From assembly GCA_030704615.1 (NCBI GenBank), contig CM060732.1, positions 68,696,001-68,760,000 on the forward strand: 64,000 nucleotides of DNA, given 5' to 3'. Positions within the stretch are counted from its first letter, which is position 1. The number at the start of each line of letters is the position of its first letter. Below the pieces are notes generated by a model. The model had not been told where the DNA came from. It worked only from the letters and a program-made list of their open reading frames with translations, and did not search any database. The stretch comes from Takakia lepidozioides. Its lineage: Eukaryota > Plantae > Bryophyta. Made by a program: the position numbers and the translations under genes. Positions 24,896 to 38,728 of the stretch are shown in pieces.

Positions 24896-26454
24896 ATACA
24901 TATTTAATAACACACTTTACTACCACACTACAACTTGACAGGATTTGAACATCAAACCTCATGTTTATTGTTCATCGCTCTTAACCACTACACAACCTGC
25001 CATTTTCCACAAACTCTTGCAACAACTAATGCTTTATCTATATATTGTGGGCTCCAGCAAACTAGCTTATGTGTTTTGTGGGCCCCAGCAAACTAGCTTG
25101 TCGGTCAGACCTAGCAACATACTGGCCGGGTCCGGGTAGGGGCGCTCCCACCCCTTGCCACCCCTCTGCCACAAGTGGGCCCCACCGCAACCACATGCGC
25201 GGGCATTCAAGACCCTAATATTGTTCAATGATAAGCGTAAATATGTAAACCCAAGTTTCATTTCAAAGAAAATCAGCAAGTGAGAAGATAGCACGACGAA
25301 GTGGGGGGGCTAGTGGAAAAGCAGGAGAAGGACACGCAGCCGCGAGAGAAAAAGGGCGTTGTGGAGTAGACAGTGAGCCCGGGCTGTAGGGACACCTAGA
25401 AAGAGGGGGGAGAAATGTTTTATTTAGGTAAGGTAAAAGATAGGCCCACCATTGGAACAACCAGTGGTAACTCTTTATGGGGTTGGAAATAGTGGAAACA
25501 TGTCAAATAGTGGGGTGGTTTATGTAGGGTAGGACACGTGGGGGCGTCTTAGAAGATTCTTTTCACTAATTTTTGGCACGCTTACATTCTTTGATATTTG
25601 TTTTCGGAAAGGGGATGAAACATGAAACCCTAAATGGATTGAAAAACGAGGGAAATCTAAGAGAAATGTGTCTTTTCCAAAAAAAAACACTCGGTTTCTG
25701 GGATGTAGAACGCTCCGCATATTGCGGTGAGGACTACTCAGGCCCTTTCTCTTCTCTTGGATGGTGTACATCTCCTTGTCAATGAACTCTCCAACTCCTT
25801 CTACTCAATACTCTTTCTTTTTGCTTTCAAAACATTTGTCTCTATCTCTTCATTTGGTTGGTTGATGTATATATATATATACCATCAAAATATTTTAGTA
25901 AATTGTAATGCGTTCACCACAAGGTCACCACATAACCATAGAATTGAACTTGTATGTCGGCATATTGTTTATTTTTGTTTGGTTGGTTTTTATCATAATT
26001 AATATCTAGAAGTGTTGTAATATTTCATTGAATGTGTGAAGAATAATCAGCCTTTGGCATGGCTTCTATGTAAGGTTTTTTTTTCCTTATTTTTAAATAA
26101 AAAACAATTCCAGGGCCACTGTCCCTTGTTCTCTAAAAAAAAGAAAAAAAGAAAAGAAAAGAAGAACAAGCAATACAGTGAGAGCAGATTCGCAAAACAT
26201 AATTTCAAAATTCAGTTTAGATCTTCAAATTTCAGTTGTTTTTTGGGCAGCCAATAAAAATGACGACGATGATGTGATGATGAGGTGGTGACCATTACTC
26301 TACGCTAAAACTAGTCTCTGACCTTGAGTTGTCATTAGAACTAGGGCTGCGTGTTGCCCGCACTACTAGTGACAACTTCCAAAGTGACAACTTTCAGGGA
26401 GAACAATGTTTAGGTTTTACAAATTAATTGATTAATTATAATTAAAAAAATACT

Positions 26455-26624
26455 CAATTCAATTAGTGGTACTGTTTTTGTTATAGAGAGAAATGACTTC
26501 AAATGAGTCTGGGTTCAAATCCTGCTACCTTGTCAGGTGTGGTATAATCTTCTCCTCCTTCCAATGGGCGGTGTCCGTAGAGTTTTGTGCTCTGCACCTC
26601 ATGGCGAGGTTACTATGAAAGAGG

Positions 26625-26655
<31 letters not shown>

Positions 26656-26728
26656 CCCCTTCTTCTTCTTCTTCTGATTTGTGAGCGGTCGCTCCTGGGT
26701 ATTTTCTTATTAAAACAGAAAAAAGAAA
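26455..26728 (+). mobile_element. tRNA-derived SINE, family copy A
   Basis: B box GGTTCAAATCC, body shared with 27593-27840 (tgctaccttgtcaggtgtgg...ctgatttgtgagcgg) and A-rich tail; has an internal poly-T. Confidence 0.7.
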
Positions 26729-27592
26729 TTCAGCTAGAGCTTAGGTGACTGTGCTAGTAGCCGTCTTATTTTATGGCTACTGCTCTTTTCAAGGGTGGCT
26801 TCTATAAAGGTTTTTATAAATCAAAATCTTAACAAGTAAATCTCAAATTCTTAAACATAGAGACTAAATAGATTCATCTAGTATGATATATCATAGAGTT
26901 TGTTGATGTGTATTTATAATATATATATTTATTTATTTATAATTGTTTAAAATGAAGACAAGAGATAAAATTTAATATTGACGTTTCCTTAGCTATTCAT
27001 TTATAATATATATGTAATATCATAATACAAAAAATTAGGCAAACCATTGAATTCATTTTGGTGATAATTAATATGTAGAAGTGTTGCAACATTTTAGTAC
27101 ATTGAACTAATGAAGAAAGAAAGGAAAAGAACAAGCAATATTAGAGCAGATTCGTAAAATAGATTTTCAAATCTCAGTTTTTATTTTTTTGTTTTATCTA
27201 TTTATTCTGGGGCAGCCAAAAAAAATGACGATGATGACGTGTCACTATGGCACCCTATTCCTGCTCTACACTAAAAACAGTCTCTGACCTTCAATCTAAT
27301 ATATACAGCCCCACCTTGAAAAGGATACTACCTGCAAGGGAAGGGGATGAGGCTCTTATTTAAGCTAACTTTGGTGGCATCATCACTCTCTTTTTGATGA
27401 GTGTCCATTGGAAAACCGGTCAACAGTGAGATCAAGACGTGTGCCCTACACTCATTTCTCGCAATTCATGGAGCCACAAACATCTACATCTCCTTTTTTT
27501 GGCAAGGAAGGGGACAAGAGCCATTTCATCAAATTACAAGGAGGAAACAAATAACCTCTGGACCGTGAGAAAAAAAAAAGTGGTGATATCAC

Positions 27593-27840
27593 CAGTTGGT
27601 AGCTCACTTGGATAGAGCACTAAGTGCCGCCCAGGTGATTATGGGCTCAAATCCTGCTACCTTGTCAGGTGTGGCATAATCTTCTCCCCCTTCCCATGGG
27701 CGGTGTCCCTTGAGCCTTGCATTCGGCACCTCTTTCAAGGGTAGTATGCAAGAGGTTATTTTCTCCTCTCACTACAATTAAGGGGTCTGATTTGTGAGCG
27801 GTTGCTCCCGGGCATTTCCCTTTAAAAAGAAAAAGAAAAA
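27593..27840 (+). mobile_element. tRNA-derived SINE, family copy B
   Basis: A box TAGCTCACTTGG, B-box-like GGCTCAAATCC, body shared with copy A and A-rich tail. Confidence 0.75.
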
Positions 27841-28647
27841 GACCCTACGGTGATCCGACCCCTTTGTAAGCCTAGCAGAGTTATTTTTCCCTTGTTCCCT
27901 CTTTTGAGTTTAATTTGACAGTGGGGCCTCTCTGTCCCCTTTTATTAGGAAAAAAAACAAAGTGGGACCCGGTCCCTGGGCCATAAGACCAACTATTACA
28001 TCCTTTCATCTGTGGCACTGATGTTGATGGATGGCATTGAAAAACCATTTTTTTACATATTTTATTTTTATTTCTTATTTTTTTCCAAGAGGTGTTTTTG
28101 AGTTACATATTATTCTTTGAAAAAATGAGCTTCATTACGAAGAGCCACTAGATGGTATGAGATCGATGTTGAATCTACGTTCCTTGTTGTCGCACGTGTG
28201 AAACTCCACGGCTCAGGGGGAGTTTTGGGAAGTCTCGGGCGCAGCGGAGGAGTAGTATATATATTGTCTGCTCTTCTCACCCGCATCAGAGCTCCTAGTT
28301 TTGCAGTTGTCTCTAGGGCTCCTCCTCAAGTTTGCATTTTTCTTGTTTCTCTTCCTACTTTAGTCCACTCCATACTGACGTAAGTAGCGCATAAGACCTT
28401 GTCGAAAGCCTTTCCAGCCTTCAGTTTATTTGCCTAAGATGTTAATTACTGCCTATTAGTTCTTAGATCCCTACTGTAACCGTAGTCAGGTCAGTGAACC
28501 GGACTCTCTAGAGATTGTTCTGGTGACTAGAACCCCAACATCGTTCTCTCCGAGTTTGTCTTGAAAGGATTCTCAGTGCAGCATTGATTACCAAGATCAA
28601 CATTGTTTGGTCCAGTACTAGTTTTCAGTTTCTCTCTGCTTGTGAGA

Positions 28648-29868
28648 ATGGAGCGTAACCAAATTGACGTCCACAACAACATAGCTTTTCCTCATCATAT
28701 TGTGGACAATCTGGAGTCTGTGTTTTCTAGGCTTCTTGCTCATGACGTAGCCACCAGTCTCTGCGTATATAAAACATGGAATCAAGTGGACATCTTGTCC
28801 AGAGAGTTTTCCGATCTGCGTTTGTCGTTGAAGACCGAAGATTGGTATTTTCCTACAGCTATGGTTGGGTTGGACAGTATGGACTCTGGGCCGCAGGAAT
28901 GGATAGGGCTCCATCACCCATCAAACACTTGGCGCAAGCTGCCGTCTTTACCAGCTCCTATGGGGAAATGTGTGATTCTCACAGGATCTGGAGGGCTGCT
29001 TTGTGTCCAAGACAAGTCTTCTGCGGATTTCTGGCTTAGTCCTCTTTTTGTGTGTAACCCGATAACCAAGAGGTGGAAAGAGCTTCCTAGATTGCCAGCA
29101 CCTATCGAAGCCTCCTCATTACCTGGGTCCTCACCAATTGTCAAGCACATGCCGATCAAGCATGTTAAAACTAACGATGGTTGGGGTTCCAGCTATAAGA
29201 TAATCTTCCTATGGTCTGGGATCATGTACGAGTATTCCTCACAAACGAACGGGTGGAGAATACAGGAATTTGCTCACGTTTCCACATATGCATAATTGCT
29301 CCCAGGTAGTGCAGTTTGGGAGGGGAGGGTTATGACTGGGACTACACCGTTCAAGCTTTTGATATTGAACGTTGTGTATGGATAGAGGACATCTACACTC
29401 TACACCCCAATGTTGAGACTGAGATGTTTTTGAGTGATAGCTGCTACAAACCACACCTGCTGGTTTGCAGAGGTAAGTTTTTTGCTGTGATCCCCACCTT
29501 TCTTGACATGGAGGACAGGCTGGAGGACATTGAAGATGTTGACTTGGATTGGACTTACATATGTGGTTTCTTAGTGTTGAAGCTGGATCTTCAAGTCAAA
29601 AAAATTGTCTATCAGAAGATTGGCATGCCACCGGACTTGTGTAGCTCTGCCTCATGGGCGCGATGTTGACGCATGGATATGTCATTCTACTCCAGAGGGA
29701 GACACACCATGGTTGGCAAACCAGGACTACCTCATCAAATATGAGAAATTGTTCATGTGGGGGATTGACAACATTGCACAAGACACTAGATTTCCCAGAC
29801 TCATGGATGAAGATTACATGTCGTACAATGACTCTGCATTCCACCCTAGCTTCAGTGCCAAGCCCTGA
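28648..29868 (+). pseudogene. F-box paralog (copy 2), disabled
   Basis: Collinear with 2717-3979 through to ..PSFSAKP*. Premature TAA at 29293-29295 (CAA in copy 1), a deletion near 29330 and a frameshift near 29645. Confidence 0.9.
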
Positions 29869-30299
29869 TTATCTTGTGTAGTTATCATGGATATGCCCAT
29901 TGTGCATAAACTGAAAAAAAAAAAACCCATGTGATTGGTCAGTTTTGAGGTGTACTCTCTACATTGAGGACTGTCATTTCGAAATCAGCTTGTTGAGAAG
30001 GACTTCTAGGATCTAAGTTCACTTCATTTCAGCAAAAGAAGCTTTGAAAGAGGTAATCTTTTACAGTTTGACTTTGGTAGTGTCATTGTTTGGGCTAATT
30101 GTTGCAGTAAACGGAACTTGTTTGTGTACAGCAGGTCTTGAATGAAGAGTGTTGTTCTAATGGATGTCCCTTCAGTGTGATTTCAGAGTATCCAATTTCA
30201 GATAGCTTGATGAAAGCACTTTCACATGGGCCACTTTATTCTTTCATTTTCTTTCATTTCGAGATAGAGGACAAATTTTACTCTAGGGTTTTTTTTTAC

Positions 30300-31256
30300 C
30301 CACCAATAAAAGAATATAAGGTTGCACTCCTTACAAATAGCACAAAGCCTATGGCGAGTGCTACTTCATACCCAGCTGTTCCTCCTTCACCTCTCATGGA
30401 GATTGCCTTTACAGTAGCCAGGATTGCTGACATCAATCCAACTGAGCCCTAGTTCCTCCTCTATCCTCCAACATTTTCCACAACTTTGCTTTATCATCCC
30501 AGCGGCCAGCCGCAGCATATATGTTTGACAGTAGTACATAACCTGCTTCATCCTGTGGATCAATCTCCAGAAGGGATTTTGTTGCACGCTCTGCTATCTC
30601 CACGACGTCATGAATTTGGCAGGCGCCAAGCAACGCCCTCCACAACCCAACATGTGGTTTGATAGGCATTTTGTGAATAAAGTCCTTTACCTCTTCCAAC
30701 AGTCCTACACGGCCAAGAAGGTCCACCATGCAGCCAAAATGCTCTTTGGTAGGGGTTAGGCCATGATCTCGACTCATGGAATCAAAGTACTCCTGGGCTT
30801 TATCAACTAGACCAACATGGCTACATGTAGAGAGAAGGGATGAAAAGGTGATGCATTTCTTGCCTTCCTGTCGCATTTGTTCAAATAGGTGCAGGACCTC
30901 CCTATCACACCCATGCTGAGAATATCCTGCGATCATGACATTCCATGAGACAACGTTTCGCTCGGAAATACTGTTGAACACTTTACTTGAATCCTGCACG
31001 CTCCCACATTTGGCATACATATCAACAAGGGTATTCTCCAAATTCAGATACGGTAGAACTCCAGCTTTGAGGATGTCATCATGGACCTCCAGACCCTTTT
31101 CAAGAACCCCCAGGCTCGCACATGCATTCAGCACACAATTGAACGTGACTCTGCTGGGCCTCACCCCTTGTTGTTGCATTTGCTCATAGATCTCTAAAGC
31201 CTCCCTTCCACACCCATACTGAGCATATCATGCAATCATCGAGGTCCATGAAACTG
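30300..31256 (-). pseudogene. PLS-E(-DYW) PPR pseudogene, 5'-truncated at a LINE
   Basis: L-S-P2-L2-S2-E1-E2 motifs (EHFGCMVDLLGRVG, WRALLGAC, YVLLSNIYAAAGRW), an in-frame stop near 31228, a frameshift after E2 and a decayed DYW region. Confidence 0.88.
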
Positions 31257-34200
31257 GATCTGGTCACCACTGCCCTATCCCCGGTGAGCTCGAATAATCT
31301 CTGCTGCTCTCACTCGCTTCTCTCTCCCTTTCTCTTCCCTTTCTGAGACCTATCTACTGTTATAAAACCAAGCTTCATATATGTTGCAATTTTCCCTCTT
31401 GGACTATTCTATTCCTTCCCAATATTGTCATCCCTGCTTGTGGACAGTTGCTATGCCCTGTTTCTTCCCTCTCTTGCAAAGTTAAAGGGCTTTTCTCGAT
31501 CAAACTCTGGCTGGACTCTCTCATTTCTGCAATTCCCTTTTTTCATCTCCAGCTTCCCTTTGCTCTGTATGATCAGCCATCAATTCGTTGGATCTCACCA
31601 ACGGGCTGGGAAAAATTCCCCACCCTATTCTCTTGGAACATACGTGGTATGGGCTCGGATACCACTATGCCTAAAAGATGACGAGTAAAATTGTGGGCTT
31701 CTTCCCTTATGTCTACTTCAGCTATCATTTTTCTCCAAGAAACTAAGTTAAATGATGGTAAGATCAGATCCATTGGAAATAGCTTCTGGCCCTCGCAGGT
31801 TGCATGGTGGAACCCCACTATTTCCTCCTCTCGTGGAGGAACGGCGATCCTGGTATCTCCGACCATTGCTGGTTCAATAAACAAAGTAGAAATCTAGATC
31901 CAGGGTCGTGTCCAATGCCTTTTCACGGACCCCTCCTCTCCCTTTGGCCCCACTGCTTTCATAAATGTGTATGCGCCGAATCTATCTCAGGAAAGAGCTG
32001 TTCTCTGGGATGCTATCAAAGTTAAAATTACCAGTTTTCCCAATGTTTAGAATTGGGTCCTAGTTGGGATTTAAACATGGTAGATAATTATAATGATAGG
32101 CTGCAACACGCCTCACATTTTTTGTCTGATGAAGAGCAAGTTGCTTGGGATATGTTATGTTTCTCAGTTGGATTGGTGGATATCATTTTCAAACTCCTCC
32201 TCTGGATTAAGATTCACGCGGTCCAATTTGAGGAATCCTCCCGACCTTTGTATGGCTCGGCTGGATAGAATTTACTGTTCTCAGTCCCCCCTGGCCTAGT
32301 CTAAAGGTATGGCTCAGACCCCTATACTAGCGGACTTTGATCATGCCATGGTTGCTGTGGAGTTCTATCCACCTGGACTGCATGCTAGAGGTCGAGGTTA
32401 TTTTAAACTCAACCCAACATTCTGAAAAAACAAGACTGTCTGAAGAAGCTGAAAAAGGAATGGATGGAAGCAGGGGCTGGGTTTCACTCCCCCTCCATTT
32501 CCTTTTTAAATAAACTTCAGGCTACACGCAGATTGGCTCAAGACCTTTCCCGCTCTGTTGCTGCTGAAAGAACACAACATCATAAGGCATTAACTAAATG
32601 TCTGCTGCATTGCCAAAGAAGAATTGAAGGAGGGAATCATGGTGTAATTACAATGGAATCCTATCTTGCAGCTAAACGTAATTTGGCAGTACTGGATGCT
32701 GAAAAGGAAGAATTCCTTCGTATTAGAGCGGGAGTGAATTGGTCGTTGAAGGGGGAGAAGATGACTGGTTATTTCTTCCAGAAAGCAAAACAGTGAAGGG
32801 AAGCAACACACTTTCACGCGATTACAAACCCCAGCGGGGTGACCTTCTCCCAACCCAAGGAGATGGCTGCAGCAGCTGCAGACCACTTTGCCAAGCTCTT
32901 TTCTGCTTCTCAAGAGGAAGTTAACTTGCTAGAATTTTGTTCTGAGGTTATCCAATCCTTCCCAAACCTTCTCTCTGTTGACGAGCAGAATGCCCTTGCT
33001 GCTCCCTTTCTTTCTGACGAGTTGTTGAATGCTGCAGAAGCGCTGAATACGTTTAAGACTCCAGGGCTAGATGGACTGCCTGTGGAATTCTTCATTGCCT
33101 TGTGGGAAGAGGCGGGGGAAGACTTTACACGAATGGCCAATGATATTTTATCTAAGGGGATCATGCCTTCGCAACTGGCGCAGGGAGTCATCACCTTGGT
33201 TCATAAAAAAAGTGACCGAGAACTTCTTTCAAACTATAGACCTATCACCTTGCTGAACTCTACTTACAAAATAATTGCAAAGGCTCTTGCTTGCCGTTTG
33301 CAACCCTTGTTGCAAAAGGTAATCAGACCAGAGCAGTCAGGGTTCCTAAAAAATAGAATGATCCTTGATAACATTTTTCTTACCAATGAGGCAATGCATC
33401 TGGCTTGCATTGATAACCCGCCTATAGCTCTGTTAATGTTGGACTTCGAAAAGGCCTTTGATAACATTAATTGGGACTATCTTTTGAAAGCCCTAGAAAT
33501 TGTTGGGATCAAAGGGAACTTCCTTAAGTGGATTCAAATCCTTCTTTCTGCAGCTTCCAGTAGAGTGGTGGTCAATGGCACGGTCTCCAAACCCTTCCCT
33601 CTATTCAAATATGTAAGACAAGGGTGTCTGTTGTCCCCCTTTCTCTTTCTTATAGCAGCAGATGGTTTGGGTCACTTACTACATAAGAGAAAAGACTCAT
33701 TGGGTCTGGTTGATCCTAATTCCCCGAATGACATTTCCTCTTCCATTCGCTCTTCGCTATATGCTGATGACACATCCTTGTTCATTAACAACTCTTCTCT
33801 TTCCAATGTCCATGCGGCTCTCAACTCGTTGAAGGCATTTTGTGCAGCCTCAAGTCTCAAAATCAATTGGAATAAATCTGTTGGTTTATTAAATGGACTG
33901 GCAGACCCATCTGTTGCAGCTCACATTGCCCGATGGGGCATTGAATTTGGCTTGAGATGGCTATTGGATGGAGAATCCATGAGCTCTTAGGTCAATTGGT
34001 GGGAACTGATCTCTCAGATGATACCAAGTTTGCTGCTGTCCTTACAAAACTTAAAAGGAAGCTTGCACATTGGTGTTCCTTGCATCTGTCGCTCGTGGGT
34101 AGAGCTTTAATTGTTAACCAAGTGGCTTCACTGTGGTTTTTGGCTTCGGTTTGGTCGCCGGGAGCTCTCATAATAAGAAAGGTAAAATCCCTTATGAGGA

Positions 34201-35199
34201 ACTTTATTTGGGGTGCTACTCCCGCTGCCTCATCCAAAAGAGCCTTGGTAAGCTGGGACCAGCTTACTCAAAGCAAAAAAAAATGGGGGTCTTGGGGTGC
34301 TAGACCCCCAAGCGCAGATCACTGCTTTGCTTGCCAAATGGGTTCCCCGTGCACTTGCTCACCTTTCAAGCCCTTGGAGTCGGCTGGTTAGACTCAACTT
34401 GCTGGCTGCCACCCCGCGTTCCAGTGATAAATGGGCTCATTCACTTAGGTGGATCATGCAAGGTGGGAAGCTCAATGAAAATCCTGGGTTGGGTTCAAGG
34501 GCGTGGCAGTCAATCTGGATGGCATGGTGCAAATTGTGTCCTTTCCTGGTTCAGCTAAGTCCCTCTTCCTTTAGCCAGGTGTTGAGACAACCTCTCTTTG
34601 GGAATTACAATCGGGATAAAGAAGCTCTGATTCCTTATTCTAAACGATGGGCGGAGTGGGAAGTTGCAGGTTTAGCCCATATTATTCATTTCTGGGATGA
34701 CAGCTCCTTGTCCCTTATCTCTTCTGAATTTGCAGCGAAGCAAGTGTCCAAGCAAAGAGTTAATGCTAGCTGGAATGCAGTTATAGGAGATCTCCCTGAC
34801 AACTGGACAAGAATACTGGCTGAACCTCACCTACAGCCTCTTCCCGGTTGGTTGGGGTATTGTATGGATTCCCAACCCAAGGCCATTTATGCTATTGCAC
34901 ATGATAGCTTTGGTTTACATGGCACTGGTTTTGAGGTGAGTAAAGATGGTAATCTTCTCCTTCCAAAGTCAGTGAGTATTCCACAAGGCTGCAATTGCTT
35001 TGAAATAAGGGTTTTTTGTAAACTCTCAGGCAACCCCAACCCATTGCCTCCGATGGATTTGAAACAGTATGGTGAGAATTTCCGCTGGTTTTTATCAGCC
35101 CCCCTTAAGCTGCTACAGTTTGACCCTGGGGAGTGGATATGAATGAATAAATGACATGATTCACCTTCGCAATGTGTTACTTGCAACCTGTTCCTAGGT
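31257..35199 (+). mobile_element. L1-type LINE ORF2 (APE endonuclease + RT), degenerate
   Basis: SWNIRGMG, IIFLQETKL, NVYAPN, ARLDRIY, TPGLDGLP, YRPITLLN, LDFEKAFD, VRQGCLLSP and LYADD, with several stops and frameshifts. Confidence 0.93.
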
Positions 35200-36603
35200 A
35201 GGCAACTACTCTTGTGAGTTGTATGAGGAGACTGGCCCCTTGCGTAAAGGGAGTCAGTTAATGTTCGTGAGTGGGATAATTTCCGGAACTAACGTGTCGT
35301 TGTTGGTGGACACAAGAGCATCGCACTCCTTCATGACATCGGCAACGGCACGAAAGCTGGGACTCCCGACAAGTGATGTGGGCCTCTATTGAAGTGATTT
35401 CTGCCAAAGAAGAACCACAATTGGCGACGAGGTTGGCGTTCAATGTTCCTCTTCAGCAGGGGAGTTGGGAGGAACGTGAGAACTTCACCATGAGATCGAT
35501 GGATTGGATCTCATTTTGGGGATGACATTTTTGAGCAAATCAGGAGCGGTCATAGATGGTTGCAAGAGAGTAGTCACGCTATCGTGTAGGAATGGTGGCA
35601 AAGTTTTACGAGTTTCGAAAACGCCCAACCCAGTGGGAGGGCAAATAAACCTGCTGTCAGCAAAGGAGTGGGCCGTGGAAGAGCCACACGAGCCCCAATT
35701 TTTGCTTTACGTAAGACAAGTGGAGGGAGAAGGCAATAGGGAGCCGAGCCCAGATTAGATCAAGGGGATCTTGAAGAAATACCAGGATGTGATGTCGGAG
35801 GATTTAGCAAGCGACTTACCATCGCGAAGAGGAGTTGACCACAAGATTGAGGTGATACCGGGATCGGAGCCGCCTGCCAAGGCGCCCTACTGGTTGAGCG
35901 ACAGAGAGTTGGTCGAGCAGAAGGCTCAGCTGAAGGATCTAATGTCAAAGGGGTTCATCTGGCCGAGTAAGACACCTTACGCAGCCCCGGTGCTATTCGC
36001 AGACAAAAAGGATGGGACGCTGCGGATGTGTGTCAATTACAGGGCTCTGAATAAGGTGACTATCAAGAACCGGTACCCTTTGCCAAGGATCGACGACCTC
36101 TTCGATCGGTTGGAAGGAGAGAAGTATTTCAGCCGGATCGATTTGCGGTCCGGCTACCATCAAATCCGAGTGGCGGAAGGAGATGAGGAGAAGACCGCGT
36201 GCAGGACAAGATATGGTTCATATAAGTTCTTGGTGATGCCTTTTGGGCTCACCAACGCACCCGCGACCTTTAGCACGCTAATGAACAACATTTTCCAGGA
36301 GTGGTTGGATGACTTTGTGATCGTGTACATCGACGACATCTTGGTGTACTTGAAAACAAAGGAATAACACCTGGAGCACCTCAAAAGGGTGTTCCAGAAA
36401 TTGCAGGAAGGGAAGCTGTATGCCAAAACTTCAAAGTGCGAATTCGGGGTCACAAAAGTGGAGTTCCTAGGGCATGTGATTACACAGGATGGGATCAAAA
36501 TGGATGAACAGAAAAGTAATGGCGATCTTGGACTGGGAGCCTCTAACTTCGGTACCAGGAGTGCGATCATTCCTAGGACTCGCCTCCTATTACCGAAAGT
36601 ATA
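35200..36603 (+). mobile_element. Ty3/gypsy pol fragment (protease + RT)
   Basis: [39 protein letters not shown] and [13 protein letters not shown]. Confidence 0.9.
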
Positions 36604-36845
36604 TCCTCCCCGAGGATCGAATCGCCTTACTGCAACAACATTACTTGCGACTGCTCATGATGCCGCTTTTGGCATCACCTTGAGCAAGGGTTCATCTTGA
36701 ACACTTTTTGACTAGGAAGATAACCTTGAACCAACCGGCCTGAGGTACGGGAACACGCCGAAGCCGCACTTTTTCTTCGTCCCGAGGCTACACGATTATA
36801 GTACGTGAACGGAAGCACGTAGCTTCCGCGTTAGTCCGTACTACA
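36604..36845 (-). repeat. LTR family 2 fragment containing one LTR terminus (TGTAGTACGG on minus)
   Basis: Aligns with 39712-39955. Confidence 0.8.
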
Positions 36846-37049
36846 AGGCAACCAAATCAAGGAAGATGAATCTAGACTAAGTAGGAATTAATTCCTTACA
36901 TAGTCGAAAACATGGAGAAGTAAGGAGAAAAGATAGAGCTGAAGTGTCCACCCAACAGAGTCGATGAACCTATCCAGCAAGAAGAAGGAGAGCAGGACCT
37001 AGTCTACCAGAAAACATGCTACATACTGCCTTGTTTCCCTCATAAGTAA

Positions 37050-38032
37050 TGTCGCGTACCTCACTTCACTTCGGTAAGCTCCCCTTCAAGTCATAGTTAC
37101 TTGCTTTGATGCGCGCGCCTAATTCCCAAACTGGCCATCGGGCCAATTCGGAGCTTCGGCTGCTAACCGGGACATAACGGTCCCCCTTTGCTCCTCCACA
37201 AGACCCTCTCTCAATTTGGGCCTAGTGGAAATTCCCTTTGGTTGTTGGCAGTCCAGAACTGCTCCCCACACCTTGGTCGCTTTCCGGCTCGCACGCTTAC
37301 TCACTAGTTTTGGTCACCAACGGGCTTGCACCGTTCTCGGGGTTACTACTCCCTATATATACTTCTGTGACTGTCCGCGGGGGTTTCACAAACAACACCA
37401 TCCTTTTATGGCGAACCACCACGAAAACCCTCGATTCCCGGCGATGAGTCGCGGTGAGTCTTGGCCCACTCAGCACGACCCCATTGGACCGTGATGAGTC
37501 CTAAGACTCCCCACGACTCCCACCACAAGGTCTCTACCCCATGGTGAGTCATATGTCACCCCCACTAAGACCCACTAAGCTACCACCACTCCTCGTGGAC
37601 CCACCCCCACTGCAACCCGGTGTGCGGGGCTCCACCTAGTGAGCGCCTCCGCCTCCTTGAGTGCCTTGGGCACTCAATGGTGCTTCAGCCCCCATTCCTA
37701 TTGTTGCCACTGCCCCCACCACAGGGGCAGCCCCTCTTGTGTCCCGACCCCCCGCCCTTAAGGCAAAGGGCGCGACACACACCCCTACCAACAGGGAGTC
37801 GATGTCCTCATCGACTTGTCCATTTTGTAGAAACTAACATCCAAGTTGTGGCGTCCCACATCAAGGAGTTTGTTTCCATACCATGGCGTCTCATGGCAAG
37901 AACCAAACCCCCACTTGACTCTACTTGTCACTAGCTAGTTCGGCCGACTTTCTCCAAATCCCGGCCAAGGGTGGAGCCTCTCAAGCTCCACCCAGTGCAC
38001 TCTTCTTGGCCCACTTCAGGGCCAAGGAACGA
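37050..38032 (-). repeat. LTR family 2, partial
   Basis: Begins tgtcgcg like 38729 and 43891, with a long alignment to both. Confidence 0.9.
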
Positions 38033-38728
38033 TTTTGTTTGGAATGGTGATGCATGTTATGATCGGCTAGTGTGTAGGATGCATGCTAGCTTACAAAAGT
38101 GGGAGAGGTAAATTGGATTAATCGTGTGTTTGCACAGAGCCGAAATCGGGTGACTCCCGTCCAAGGGGCAAGGAAACTTACGCCTTCTTTGGGAGTTCAC
38201 GTGCTAGTGCGCACCTGGCGCGTGCGCGTACTATAATTGCGCTACCGACCTTGACATAGTCATGTTCGCACGATATTTACTTAGAGCGTCCATATTGGCA
38301 TGTTTGTTACTGGCTCTATGGATGATCTTAAAGTCATAGTCTTGAAACATCACGATCTATTGTCATCTCCTTCCATATGCATAATTCATAATAGCCAACC
38401 ATCCCAGGGGTTTATGATCGGTCATTATCGTGAAAGGGGTCTAATAAAGATATTGTTGAAAATTATGCATGATGCCCCAAACCAACGCGTAGTACTTGTC
38501 TTCCATGAGGTGAGAGACTCGAGATGATGCAACTAAGAGCCGCTTCACTTTTTGGCTACTACCCCCATTTCTATGCAGGGAGGATGTTTCTTTTGGAGGT
38601 TTGAAAGTGCCTTGCAAGCATACCGTAGGTTCATAGCAGATTAGGCACCCCAGAGCCTAAAAATTATTAAATTTGGAATATTCTTTTTAGGCATTTTGAA
38701 AAATGATTTATGTAAAGTAGACATTTTT

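Noticed and set aside
27593-27670. Functional tRNA genes here and at ~24350, ~24930 and ~40365
   Set aside because: A/B-box-like motifs are present but there is no complete cloverleaf; most continue into a shared body and A tail, indicating SINEs.
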